From: Betaproteobacteria bacterium
GTDB taxonomy: Bacteria; Pseudomonadota; Gammaproteobacteria; Burkholderiales; Eutrophovitaceae
NCBI GenBank assembly: GCA_020354125.1
Contig: CP070643.1
Coordinates: 3,588,934 to 3,652,933, forward strand
Direction of reading: 5' to 3'
DNA length: 64,000 nucleotides
This document shows positions 48,844 to 58,613 of the stretch, piece by piece. Numbering within the stretch: the first letter of the stretch is position 1; every line of letters starts with the position of its first letter. Below the pieces are notes generated by a model, which was not told the origin of the DNA, ran no database searches, and was given only the letters and a program-made list of their open reading frames with translations. Both the position numbers and the translations under genes were made by a program.

Positions 48844-49367
48844 TCAGTTAATGTCAATCAACTACAACCTCGATGAACGTCATGCTCATGGCGTGAGAAT
48901 GTATTGATGCGATAGCCGCTTCGGTCTCACCTTTCGCCGGCCACCTGATTCGGGCTCCAACCAGATATTCGACACCAATGCCGCTATTTTTTCAGCGCTT
49001 GCACGCTGCCGCATCCATCCCGATGTCATTATTTCTTCACTGCTGCGAGATGACGGTGCCGAGTATTTCATATGACACTGGCAATTTGCGAAAAAACTCG
49101 AACGGCGAATGCGTTTCTTCGCAAAGTCGCATGATGCGACACTTCACGTGTCACATAGGTAGACGAACGCGTATCACAATCGCGGTATCGCTATAAGTAC
49201 GGTTTGGAAAACCTTGAGGTTGATCGGTATTGGCGATCAGAAAGAGTGCCGCAGAAGAAGCTGTTATTGCGCCGCCCGCGCGTTAAATCAGATTGAGTTG
49301 CCCGGCGAAGATAACCCGGCTAACGGCGGCATGCGCGAGCAGAGAATGGCCATGCACTAACAGATGC

Positions 49368-50144
49368 TCACTGAAACTTGACGCTGACCGTACCGATTAA
49401 ACTGAATTGCGTCTCGATCACGTCACCCGCGGCGACTGGAACAGGCTTGGTAAAAGAACCAGTCATGATTTGCTGTCCCGCCAGCAAGCGCCGGTCAAAC
49501 CGGTGCAGCGCATTTGCCAGCCAGGCGATGGTTTGCAACTGATTGTCCATCACATCACCGCCGCGAACCGACTCGCTCAGTTCTCCATTGACACGCACTT
49601 CGGCCTGGATGTCACCGAAATCGAGATTGGCAGGCAGCGCAATGGGATCGCCATGTACAAAGGCATATTGGGACAGGTTGTCTGCGATCCCCAAAGGCAC
49701 GTCAATGCGCATGTCCGAGCCTCGCATTTCGACGATCTCAAGCGCCGGCGCGATGGTTCGTATCGCGCCACGCGCACCCTCGGGTGAAACACCGGGGCCG
49801 GCCAGATCACGATCGAGGGTGACCAGGATCTCGTTTTCCACCAGCGGCGTGCGCAGATCGGCGAATGGCAAAACAACGCCGCTCGTCATGCTGCCGCGCT
49901 GCAACAGGTAGCCAAAGGCCGGCTCGCTACTGCCAAACATTTCACGCATGGCATCAGCGGTGAGCCCAACTTTCCAGCCTGCCTGTTGCTCGCCACCCGC
50001 CAGCCTGGTCTCGAGCAAGCCGAGTTGCGCGCGGTATGCATCGTCAATATCCAGTTTGCCTCGCAACGATTCCGGGCAGTAATCGCCACGCTGGTAACTA
50101 TCGAGAAGAGACGCTATGAGCTGTGCAGTTTTCATCTCAGGCAC
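49368..50144 (-). CDS. 2-keto-4-pentenoate hydratase / 2-oxohepta-3-ene-1,7-dioate hydratase family protein
   Basis: 258-aa ORF with GWKVGLT, APALEIV and TGSFT motifs typical of the MhpD/HpcG hydratase-decarboxylase family. Confidence 0.8.
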   Translation of the reverse strand: MPEMKTAQLIASLLDSYQRGDYCPESLRGKLDIDDAYRAQLGLLETRLAGGEQQAGWKVGLTADAMREMFGSSEPAFGYLLQRGSMTSGVVLPFADLRTPLVENEILVTLDRDLAGPGVSPEGARGAIRTIAPALEIVEMRGSDMRIDVPLGIADNLSQYAFVHGDPIALPANLDFGDIQAEVRVNGELSESVRGGDVMDNQLQTIAWLANALHRFDRRLLAGQQIMTGSFTKPVPVAAGDVIETQFSLIGTVSVKFQ

Positions 50145-50209
50145 CTTGGCCAGTGATCATTTCAGGCACCAGCAGTAGCCGCCGATCGGCTCGGCGGTAC
50201 TCAATACTG

Positions 50210-50503
50210 TCAGATTCCGGTCTCGTCGAGATAGCGAATATTTGGCGGTGCGCCGAGCAGCGGTCCCAGCCGGTCGATGAGGCCGGTTTCCTGGCGCCAG
50301 GCAAAGTATTTTTCGTAGTGCGGTCGCGACTGCCAGCGCTCCAGGAGGATGAGGTTGTCGCCATCATCCTGGTTAATGTGCACCTCGAGACCTTCGCAGC
50401 CGTCATAGGCACGCGTGTCAGGCAGTACTTCCACGAATAGTTGCTTCAGGTCGTTGATCGACCCCGGCGCGGCTTTCAGGTCCAGCAATAGTGTGACGCT
50501 CAT
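50210..50503 (-). CDS. Antibiotic-biosynthesis-monooxygenase (ABM) domain protein
   Basis: 97-aa ORF with a ferredoxin-like ABM pattern (LILLERWQSRPHYEKYFAW). GGGAGGAG RBS upstream. Confidence 0.75.
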   Translation of the reverse strand: MSVTLLLDLKAAPGSINDLKQLFVEVLPDTRAYDGCEGLEVHINQDDGDNLILLERWQSRPHYEKYFAWRQETGLIDRLGPLLGAPPNIRYLDETGI

Positions 50504-50618
50504 GTTTACTACTCCTCCCGTTTTTATTGGGCCTTAAGTATTCCCCGCGGTCTCGACGAGGTTGAAGCTGTGTCACAAAGACACATTACAGAATGCGATA
50601 GTCGATATCGAACGCACT

Positions 50619-51986
50619 TCAAATGGCGTTCAGTACGTCATAGCCGGTAACGATGTAAACCTTGTCAGCCTGGAAATCACGCACCAGCACCGCCGGCTCC
50701 TCCGGCGTGATCATCGATGCGAGCAAGGTTACCGGCGTTTCGATATCGACATAGGGAAACGCTGTCTGCATGATCGACTGGACCGGTTGGCTGCGGATGT
50801 CTGGATCGCGAATAATGCACGAGTAAATATGCGTCTCGCTCAAAGAGCCAACAATCCGGTCGTTCTGGCGTACCGGAATCTGTGAGAAATCGTTCTCACG
50901 CATCACCGTTACGGCTTGCCCGATGGTGTCGTCTACCATCACGTCGACGACATCGACCACCTCTTTGTTGCGAATCAGCTCTCGCGCCGTCGGACCGGGC
51001 ACTGTTTCGTACCCCATCTTTTTCATCCACTCGGGGTTGAACATCTTGCCGACATATCGCGTGCCGTGATCGTGGAAAATCACGATAACGGTCTCGCCCT
51101 TCTTGAACCGATCCTTGAGCTGTAACAGCCCGGCAATGGCGGCACCCGCTGAGTTGCCGACCCAGATCCCCTCCTGACGAACGATCTCACGCGTGAAGAT
51201 GGCGGCGTCGCGGTCGGTGACCTTTTCGAAATGATCCACCACCGAAAAGTCGACGTTCTGCGGAAGAAAATCCTCGCCGATGCCTTCGGTAACATAAGGG
51301 TAGATTTCCTGCTTGTCGAAAACGCCGGTTTCCTTGTATTTCTTGAAAATCGATCCGTAGGTGTCGATACCCCAGACCTTGATGGCAGGATTCTTTTCCT
51401 TCAGATAGCGTCCAGTGCCGGTGATGGTGCCGCCGGTGCCAACGCCGACAAGTAAATGATCTACCTTGCCATCGGTCTGTTCCCAAATTTCGGGTCCGGT
51501 GCTTTCGTAATGTGCCTGTGAATTACTCAAGTTATCGTACTGGTTGGCCTTCCAGGCATTGGGCGTTTCCTTTTCCAGTCTTGCCGATACCGAGTAATAC
51601 GATCTCGGATCTTCCGGGTCGACATCGGTTGGGCAAACCAAAACCTCTGCACCGAAGGCACGCAGTGCGTCGATCTTCTCCTGCGACTGCTTGTCAGTCG
51701 TAGTGAAAATGCACTTGTAACCCTTGACGATGGCGGCAATCGCCAGCCCCATCCCGGTGTTGCCACTGGTGCCCTCAATAATGGTGCCCCCGGGCTTGAG
51801 CAATCCGGCCTTCTCGGCGTCCTCGATCATTTTCAAGGCCATGCGGTCCTTGATGCTGTGGCCGGGGTTAAAGGTCTCGACCTTGGCATAGACCGTCGCT
51901 TCGAGCTCGCTCGCGATACTGTTGAGGCGGACCAACGGCGTATTGCCGATGGTGCCAAGAATGTTGTCGAAAACCTGTCTGGACAT
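50619..51986 (-). CDS. Cystathionine beta-synthase (PLP fold plus C-terminal CBS-domain pair)
   Basis: 455-aa ORF. PLP-Lys motif NPGHSIKDR, GTSGNTGMGLA and GVGTGGTITG. The C-terminal roughly 130 aa carry two CBS repeats. Confidence 0.88.
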   Translation of the reverse strand: MSRQVFDNILGTIGNTPLVRLNSIASELEATVYAKVETFNPGHSIKDRMALKMIEDAEKAGLLKPGGTIIEGTSGNTGMGLAIAAIVKGYKCIFTTTDKQSQEKIDALRAFGAEVLVCPTDVDPEDPRSYYSVSARLEKETPNAWKANQYDNLSNSQAHYESTGPEIWEQTDGKVDHLLVGVGTGGTITGTGRYLKEKNPAIKVWGIDTYGSIFKKYKETGVFDKQEIYPYVTEGIGEDFLPQNVDFSVVDHFEKVTDRDAAIFTREIVRQEGIWVGNSAGAAIAGLLQLKDRFKKGETVIVIFHDHGTRYVGKMFNPEWMKKMGYETVPGPTARELIRNKEVVDVVDVMVDDTIGQAVTVMRENDFSQIPVRQNDRIVGSLSETHIYSCIIRDPDIRSQPVQSIMQTAFPYVDIETPVTLLASMITPEEPAVLVRDFQADKVYIVTGYDVLNAI

Positions 51987-52100
51987 ATTGATTCAATTAG
52001 ACCTGGTTCGATTGCAGCTGGGCGCAATCGGACCTGGGTCAATCCTGAACTGAGCCAGTAACCGTATCACAACCGGCTTGGGTACTGAAAGCCGCCGGGT

Positions 52101-53048
52101 TTGCTTATGCTGCGCAGCCTACAAAGCTTTTCTGGTCCGCCCGTAACCTATCACCATTGTTTGGCCACCATGCCGGCACTCGAGAGAAAAATGCCACGGC
52201 CGCTGCCGCCGATCCATCCGGAACCAGAGTACCGCGTCTCTGGCCAGCGCGCGCAGTGGTATGCAGACATGAAACAGGTCTTTCAGGTGCCCTGGATGGG
52301 TGTCGTCACCATGGCATTTGCTCACTATCCCTACTTCTTTGAAGTCCTGTGGCAAGGACTGAAGCCACTTGCACAGAGCAAGCCCTTTGTCGACGCCTGC
52401 ACGAGTTTACGCTCGCGAACCGAAGCGCGCGTCGCTGCGCTGGGACCTGGCCCACTGGTCCGGCGGCTCGAGACAATTGGCTACGCGCCACGCGAAATCG
52501 ACCAGATACGTGCCAGCATCGAAGTGTTTTCGCACGGAAACTTCCCCTATCTTCTTACTGCGACCGCCGCGCGCCGCCTGTTGGAAGGACTCGACTTAGG
52601 CAGCTCGAGAAGCGCACCCAGATATAGCGGGCGCCACGCGCCGCAAGTCGATGCCCCGTTTGTCCTGATGGAAATGCATCACGCCGACCAGGACACCCGC
52701 GCGCTGTACGAGGAAATCAAGGCCACCCTCGGTCTGCCATTCGTCAATACCGATTACCGCGCGCTGGCGCGATGGCCAAGCTACTTCGCGCTGGCGTGGC
52801 GCGATTTGAAACCGCTCGTGACAAGCAGCGAGCACGCTGGCATCTGCGAGGCGGTGCATGCGTACGCAGATGAACTGGTCGGCGATCTGCTTCCCAATCC
52901 CGCTGCACTGACGCCCGATGCGCTGCAAGAGGCAGCGCGAAACGACGGCTCGCCCGATGAAATACTGCAAGTAACGCAGCTGTTCCAGTGGTTGCTGCCT
53001 GGCCTGGTCACGAACGTGGCATTTTTTCGCGCGCAGCTGGTTGTTTGA
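52101..53048 (+). CDS. Hypothetical protein with internal duplication, DehI-like candidate
   Basis: Two copies of the motif Y..[IM]K....[VL]P[WF]........A..P.[FY]F...W..LKPL are visible (aa ~55-100 and ~195-240). This matches my recollection of the DehI family pseudo-dimer. The start is uncertain. Confidence 0.4.
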   Translation: MLMLRSLQSFSGPPVTYHHCLATMPALERKMPRPLPPIHPEPEYRVSGQRAQWYADMKQVFQVPWMGVVTMAFAHYPYFFEVLWQGLKPLAQSKPFVDACTSLRSRTEARVAALGPGPLVRRLETIGYAPREIDQIRASIEVFSHGNFPYLLTATAARRLLEGLDLGSSRSAPRYSGRHAPQVDAPFVLMEMHHADQDTRALYEEIKATLGLPFVNTDYRALARWPSYFALAWRDLKPLVTSSEHAGICEAVHAYADELVGDLLPNPAALTPDALQEAARNDGSPDEILQVTQLFQWLLPGLVTNVAFFRAQLVV

Positions 53049-53144
53049 ACGCCGCTGCCAGACTACACGAAGAGAGAACGCTGGATTCGATCAATGGCGA
53101 CCAGAAAACGACGTGCTCAAGCAGCGTCATGGTTCAGCTTGTGA

Positions 53145-53969
53145 TCAGGCGCTGCCAGCCGCATCGCCAGCGGTTTTGCTGGCCGCAATATAAGCATGTT
53201 TCAGTTGATCTAGAAGCAGACGCGCAGCACGAATTTCACCGGCCTCGAGTTCGTGAACCCAGACCGAATACGGTGCGCTCAACTCAACCGACAGAAAAGC
53301 AAACTGCGGTGTGGATCCGGTCAAGCGCGTAACTGCCTCAACGTAGTGGGCAGCCTGCAAATCGTAGCCAAAATGTTCGCGCGTGCGTTTGAACGCGTCG
53401 GGTCGGCAATCGCTGGTTGTCTTCAGGTCGAGCACAATACCGCGCGTGAAACAATCAGGGCGTGCCTTCCAGCGCGCCCCGACCTCGTCAATCCAGTAAA
53501 TTGACAACTCTTTGTTTCCCGCTGACAACCAATCCGCTACCGGAGCCTGGCTGCATGCCAGCAACGCATCGCGGGCATAAGACAACGCACTCCACTGCCA
53601 GGCATCCAACCAGATACGTCGCATTAACTCGGCTTCGGAGGGAGCTCGTCGATCGTGATCGGCGTCGGCGAGGACCAGGTACTGCTGTGAGAACACCTCT
53701 GGCTCCAACACCAGCGCATGCAAAGCTTCTCCCATAACGGTGCCGGTAACCAATCCGCCGTCAGCCAGCTGAGATGCGGTCAACCCCGACTTGTCGAAGC
53801 GCCGCAGCTGCGTACTGGACACGAAGTCGCGATTGGCCAGGTAGTCGGCTAGCGGTTCACGCCGCGATTCGCAAAAGCCAGCTTCGCACTGCTTGGACAT
53901 CGGTTCGTTAGCGCCAGGTTCGTTGGTACCAGGTGCGTTGGTACGGGATGCGTTATTTTCGCCAGTCAT
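53145..53969 (-). CDS. PD-(D/E)XK nuclease-like protein (RecE-like DUF3799-type)
   Basis: 274-aa ORF. The VLDLKTTSDCRPDAFKR...FGYDLQAAHYVEA motif (D-x-K ... Q..H/Y) is typical of PDDEXK exonuclease VIII-like domains. Low-complexity N-terminus, with a possible start at MSKQ. Confidence 0.6.
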   Translation of the reverse strand: MTGENNASRTNAPGTNEPGANEPMSKQCEAGFCESRREPLADYLANRDFVSSTQLRRFDKSGLTASQLADGGLVTGTVMGEALHALVLEPEVFSQQYLVLADADHDRRAPSEAELMRRIWLDAWQWSALSYARDALLACSQAPVADWLSAGNKELSIYWIDEVGARWKARPDCFTRGIVLDLKTTSDCRPDAFKRTREHFGYDLQAAHYVEAVTRLTGSTPQFAFLSVELSAPYSVWVHELEAGEIRAARLLLDQLKHAYIAASKTAGDAAGSA

Positions 53970-54036
53970 TTACCTAGAAGTCACTTGGCAAATAGTCGCT
54001 TCGCACATAGCCACTCGAAAGTATCGATAGCCGCCG

Positions 54037-54939
54037 CTATTCACCCACCAACCACTTGATGCTATAGCGGCCTTCGGCGTCAGCCGAAAGCGCCTGCCAC
54101 AGCCAATGCAGCATCGGTGCGGCGGATGTATCAAATCCATATGGCGGATTGATCACCAGCATGGCGCTGCCGCGCAAACTCTGCTGCCAGTCCCCACGAT
54201 GAACTGAAAGTTCCAGCTTCAGCACTTTACGCAGGTCGGATTCGACGATCAATTGTTCGAAATCGCGAACCGCCTGCGGCTCCACTAGTGGATACCAGAC
54301 AGCATATACGCCGGTCGCGAATCGCTTGTGCGCAGCGATGACGGCCTCGGCAAGGCGGCGAAACTCGTGGGCGCGATCGAACGATGAATCAATCAGTATC
54401 AGTCCGCGCCGCTCCTTCGGTGGCAAGAACGCCTTCAATGCCTGATAGCCGTCCATATTGCGGATCTGAACCCGGCGTCGCGATTGAAAATGGCTCTGAA
54501 GGCGCGCGCAATCGTCACGGTTCAGTTCAGTCAATGCCATCCGATCACTGGCACGCAGCGATCGGCAAACCAACAAAGGTGAACCTGGATAGAACCGCAG
54601 TTTCCCGTCGGGATTGTTCTCGTGTACCGCATCGAGGTAAGGGCGTATCGGCGCCGGACAATCGTTCCGCTCGAAGATTCGCGCAATACCGTTTTCGAAT
54701 TCCCTGTTCTTTTGTGCCCAGGCGTGCGCAAGATCATAGCGGCCGCAACCAGCGTGCGTATCAAGATACAAGAAAGGCTTTTCCTTGCGCCCGATCAGCA
54801 CCGCCAGCTGCACAATTACAGCGTGCTTGAATACATCTGCGAAATTACCCGCGTGGAACAGGTGACGATAGGCAAGCACAATCGGATTCGACGCACGGTG
54901 AGGCCGCCAGGGATTAAAAAGTGGCTGCGCGATTGACAC
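54037..54939 (-). CDS. rlmJ: 23S rRNA (adenine2030-N6)-methyltransferase RlmJ
   Basis: LAYRHLFHAGNFADVFKH matches the RlmJ N-terminal signature, and NPPYG is present. The family-typical start would be GTG 54879 (VLAYRH). Confidence 0.88.
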   Translation of the reverse strand: MSIAQPLFNPWRPHRASNPIVLAYRHLFHAGNFADVFKHAVIVQLAVLIGRKEKPFLYLDTHAGCGRYDLAHAWAQKNREFENGIARIFERNDCPAPIRPYLDAVHENNPDGKLRFYPGSPLLVCRSLRASDRMALTELNRDDCARLQSHFQSRRRVQIRNMDGYQALKAFLPPKERRGLILIDSSFDRAHEFRRLAEAVIAAHKRFATGVYAVWYPLVEPQAVRDFEQLIVESDLRKVLKLELSVHRGDWQQSLRGSAMLVINPPYGFDTSAAPMLHWLWQALSADAEGRYSIKWLVGE

Positions 54940-55036
54940 GCAGCTGTTTTCGCCGCGGTTGCAGATTATCAGCTTACACCGGAAGCGCGGCGCGAATCGC
55001 CACGCCTGTACACCCGCTGCAAAGCAGCGGGTGTCC

Positions 55037-55483
55037 TCAGCGTATCGTCGGTGTGGGCACCTCGTTGCGGCGGCAACGCGCCGACCAACCGGTCATCGCG
55101 ACGCGGTGCGTAGAGTGAATGCTGATCAGGTAACGATTCTGGATCCGGTAGGCTTCCCGTTCGGCGTTGTTGCTGCGCATACAGGCATTGCGCATTGATT
55201 CGAAACGGCCGCTTACCGCTTGAACGTGGTGCACCAGCTCGTGCAGCAGAATCGAACGCGCGTGCACGTCGTTCTCCAAATCGAGGCTTGCATCGATGAA
55301 GACGCCCTCATTTGGTGCATAGAATGCTTTGACACCACATGGTCCCTTGCAGAACTTCTGTTGCAGTTCTGCCGGTGCAAGCTGATGAACCTCGGGGTAA
55401 ACCTCGGGTACCGGGTATCCACCAATCTCATGAATTGCAACGAATAATTTCGTTAACAATGCAGCTAAAGCAACAGAGTCCAT
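55037..55483 (-). CDS. Hypothetical protein with HExxH zinc-peptidase-like motif
   Basis: 148-aa ORF with ILLHELVHHVQ and a downstream AEREAY. No family assigned. Confidence 0.45.
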   Translation of the reverse strand: MDSVALAALLTKLFVAIHEIGGYPVPEVYPEVHQLAPAELQQKFCKGPCGVKAFYAPNEGVFIDASLDLENDVHARSILLHELVHHVQAVSGRFESMRNACMRSNNAEREAYRIQNRYLISIHSTHRVAMTGWSARCRRNEVPTPTIR

Positions 55484-55647
55484 TATGGCTCTCCTTCATC
55501 ACCCGGGCGTCGTTCCCGCCGCTCAGGCCCTAACACGACATCGTCTGTTACGCATAAACTAGCAAAGAACGGACCGCTATATTGCAGTGCAACGTACCGG
55601 ATCGCGGTCTGCCAATCAGGTGCAAGAACAAATTCGTCATTACATTC

Positions 55648-56004
55648 CTACAATTTGTCATACTTAGTCGCCCGCCCACGGGCCTTTTCGACCGGATATC
55701 GGCGTCGATTCAATTCCAGCTTTTCGTCCGCCGCTTTGAGCAGATCCACTTGCAGTCTATCGGCCAAGCGCAACAGAAACATCAGGATATCAGCCATCTC
55801 CATGGCGACTTCGTGGCGTTGAGTGGCCCCGAGCGAACCCGCATCAGCCTCACTGAGCCATTGAAAATGCTCGAGAAGTTCGCCGGCTTCGGCTGCAAGT
55901 GCCATGGCCAGATTCTTTGGATTGTGGAACTGGTCCCAGTCGCGTTCCTCGACAAATTCTGCAAGCGCCACCCTCAACTTGCTCAGACTGTCTTCGCTAT
56001 CCAT
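55648..56004 (-). CDS. MazG-like nucleotide pyrophosphohydrolase (small single-domain type)
   Basis: From ATG 56004: FVEERDWDQFHNPKNLAMALAAEAGELLEHFQW...EMADILMFLLRLA. This is the EExxE/D MazG signature. Confidence 0.85.
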   Translation of the reverse strand: MDSEDSLSKLRVALAEFVEERDWDQFHNPKNLAMALAAEAGELLEHFQWLSEADAGSLGATQRHEVAMEMADILMFLLRLADRLQVDLLKAADEKLELNRRRYPVEKARGRATKYDKL

Positions 56005-56113
56005 CGGTGAAGCATATCTCAACGACATCGGTGCGGCGACGCCAGCCCCACAAATGGTTAGCTGGTCTGGCCTACGATTCGCTCGATTCCTGCAGATGAA
56101 TGGTGCTTGCCGC

Positions 56114-57766
56114 ATGTGCCGAACGGTAGTACTCCGCGTGCTCGCGCGGCAGTTCGCTGCCACCCTGATCGCCAGTCTGTGCCTGAGTTCGCCCGCGCTT
56201 GCTCAGGAAGCCACGCCGATGCCGACCTTCGAGCGACTCGAGGCAGAGGGTGCAATTATTGGTCAGGTCCTGGTAGACAACCAGAATATCTTCGACCTCG
56301 ACGACCCGAAAGAAAACAACTGGCTGTATCGGCTCGCCAACACATTACATATACGCACGCGCGCCGGCGTGATTCGCCGCATCCTGCTGTTCAAGCCAGG
56401 CGATCCTGTCGTCGCGCAGCGCTTCGAGGAAAGCGAGCGACTTTTGCAAAACACCGCCTACATCTACGAAGTATTAATTCGTCCGATCGCCTACAACAAC
56501 GGCGTGGTCGACATCGAAGTGGTCACCAGAGATACTTGGACACTGGATCCGGGCCTCGGTGTCTCGCGCCGGGGGGGAGAAAACACATCAAAGTACGGGC
56601 TCAAGGAACTCAACCTGATCGGGACTGGCGCCGCCATCGAATGGCAGCGCGAGGAAACCGAGCGAGGCAGAACGGACGCGTACCAGTTCAATAACGACCT
56701 GGTTCTGGGTACCAGATCGAGATTCAACTATACGTATTTCGACGGCTATACCGGGACCAGTCAGTTCATTTCGCTGGTGCGACCGTTTTTTGCATTGGAC
56801 TCACGCTGGTCGGCCGGCATATCCGGTTCCACCAGCGACCAATTGGTGTCGACCTACAACAACAACGTTCTGATCTCGCAATACCGACTACAACGCAATA
56901 CCACCAGCGTTTCCGCCGGCTTGTCGAGAGGCCTGGTTAACGGCTGGGTGCGGCGCTATTCGCTCGGCCTCGACTACCTGGAAGAAAAGAATGAACCGGT
57001 TGGTGGAGTGCCGCCACCGAATCAGTTGCCGATCGACGAGACACGCGTTTCACCGTTCGTGCGATTCGAAGTCATTCAGGACAGGTTCCTGAGAACTACC
57101 AACCGCGATCAGGTCGCACGACCCGAATACTTCCTGCTCGGCTTCTCGACCAACATCAAACTGGGATATGCCTCGACGGCGTTGGGATCAACCCGCTCTG
57201 CCTGGAACTATTCAGCAACCCTGAATCAGGGTTGGGATCTGTCCCGAGATCGCATCCTGGTTGCTCAAGCCGCCGCTGCAGGACTTTATGCCGACGGCGA
57301 CGAAGAGGACCGGTTGTTCACCGGCTCTGTTGAGTACTATGTTCCGCAGAGCAATCGCGCCCAGACCTATGTCGCCATCAGGGGTGATTCAGCAAGTGAT
57401 ATAACCCAAACCAATCAGCTATCAATCGGCGGCGAGAACGGGCTGGCTGGCTATCCTGCTAACTACCAGACTGGCGACACGCGGGTCTTGTTCAATCTTG
57501 AACAACGACTTTACTCCGACTGGTATCCATTCCAACTGTTTCGGGTCGGCGGCGGAGCTTTTCTCGATGTCGGCCGCGCCTGGGGCGGCGACGATACAAC
57601 CAACGGGGATCCTGACTGGCTCGCCAGTGTCGGAGTCGGCCTGCGTGTATTCAGTGTGCGTTCCGCCTTTGGAACGGTATGGCGCCTGGATATTGCCTTC
57701 CCGATCGACCCGGAAGGCGACGTTCCTTCCTATCAAATCCAGTTCTACCGGACGATTGGATTCTGA
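56114..57766 (+). CDS. Omp85/BamA-family outer membrane beta-barrel protein (single POTRA-like N-domain)
   Basis: Signal peptide (ATLIASLCLSSPALAQE), a POTRA-like segment (IRTRAGVIRRILLFKPGDPV), an alternating beta-strand pattern and a C-terminal aromatic residue (..YRTIGF). The start is ATG 56114 or 56096, although the ORF is open from 55904. Confidence 0.7.
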   Translation: MCRTVVLRVLARQFAATLIASLCLSSPALAQEATPMPTFERLEAEGAIIGQVLVDNQNIFDLDDPKENNWLYRLANTLHIRTRAGVIRRILLFKPGDPVVAQRFEESERLLQNTAYIYEVLIRPIAYNNGVVDIEVVTRDTWTLDPGLGVSRRGGENTSKYGLKELNLIGTGAAIEWQREETERGRTDAYQFNNDLVLGTRSRFNYTYFDGYTGTSQFISLVRPFFALDSRWSAGISGSTSDQLVSTYNNNVLISQYRLQRNTTSVSAGLSRGLVNGWVRRYSLGLDYLEEKNEPVGGVPPPNQLPIDETRVSPFVRFEVIQDRFLRTTNRDQVARPEYFLLGFSTNIKLGYASTALGSTRSAWNYSATLNQGWDLSRDRILVAQAAAAGLYADGDEEDRLFTGSVEYYVPQSNRAQTYVAIRGDSASDITQTNQLSIGGENGLAGYPANYQTGDTRVLFNLEQRLYSDWYPFQLFRVGGGAFLDVGRAWGGDDTTNGDPDWLASVGVGLRVFSVRSAFGTVWRLDIAFPIDPEGDVPSYQIQFYRTIGF

Positions 57767-57793
57767 GCGGCGCGAGCCATTACCTCGTCCCGC

Positions 57794-58531
57794 TCAACCA
57801 GATTGCTTCACGCCGTGCTTGGCACGGTAATGCTGTCCAAGGCCCTTGCGTCTTTGCGCGTTGAACTGGGGATTGCGGCCTTTGGACTTTCGCTCAGCAC
57901 CGTTGCCTGCACCTGGTTGTGCCTGGCCGTTGCCTTTCTGCTTGCCGCTCTTGCTACTTGATCGTTTGCCTGACGAGCGCTTCTGACTCAATAAATCTAC
58001 CAGCATACGCACGGTGTCAAACGCATACTTGTGGCCTTTTTCAATCTTGCTGGCCCGCGGGCCGGCAATGTTGAGCGTGCGCACCCCACGCTCTCGCACA
58101 AATTCGGCAATTTGTTTGGCTGCCTGTCCAGGCTGCGTCCCGGAACCGTTAATCAATTGATAGGGTTTGGCGAGTTGAACACAATCGTCGAGCGTGCTCT
58201 CCGTTCCGCCTTCTATCTCGCCGAAGTAGATAATGGCAGAACCGTCGCTGTCGACAACATTCTTTCGGGTACGGTCACGATAGTCACCACCGGCGAGCTC
58301 TTGCACCGGGTATTGTTCGGGTATCGGTCCGTCCTCGGCCAGGCGGCCCTCCGGGCACCAGCCGCCACACTCGATGTTCAGTTCCAGAGCAGCGTCGAGT
58401 GCGCCCCGGTCAACGCCGGTTTGTCCGCCAGTAATAACCTTGACCTTGTTTCGCCGCGAATCTCCCTCGCGCCGCTGCTCGGGTGACTGCCCATGGCCTT
58501 TCGAGCGCGAGCCTCTGCGATTTCTGGCCAC
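57794..58531 (-). CDS. SLOG-superfamily / putative molybdenum-carrier-like protein with basic tails
   Basis: The core ITGGQTGVDRGALDAAL...GGWCPEGRLAEDGPIP...RTRKNVVDSDG matches the MoCo_carrier-type Rossmann-like family as I recall it. Arg/Lys/Ser/Gly-rich N- and C-terminal tails. Confidence 0.6.
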   Translation of the reverse strand: MARNRRGSRSKGHGQSPEQRREGDSRRNKVKVITGGQTGVDRGALDAALELNIECGGWCPEGRLAEDGPIPEQYPVQELAGGDYRDRTRKNVVDSDGSAIIYFGEIEGGTESTLDDCVQLAKPYQLINGSGTQPGQAAKQIAEFVRERGVRTLNIAGPRASKIEKGHKYAFDTVRMLVDLLSQKRSSGKRSSSKSGKQKGNGQAQPGAGNGAERKSKGRNPQFNAQRRKGLGQHYRAKHGVKQSG

Positions 58532-58613
58532 CTAATGTTTTCCTCTTACTTCGATTTTGTGTGCTGCCTTCACTGCAACCTCCTTCAGGTCGTGAAATTG
58601 TTCTTGCGCCTGT

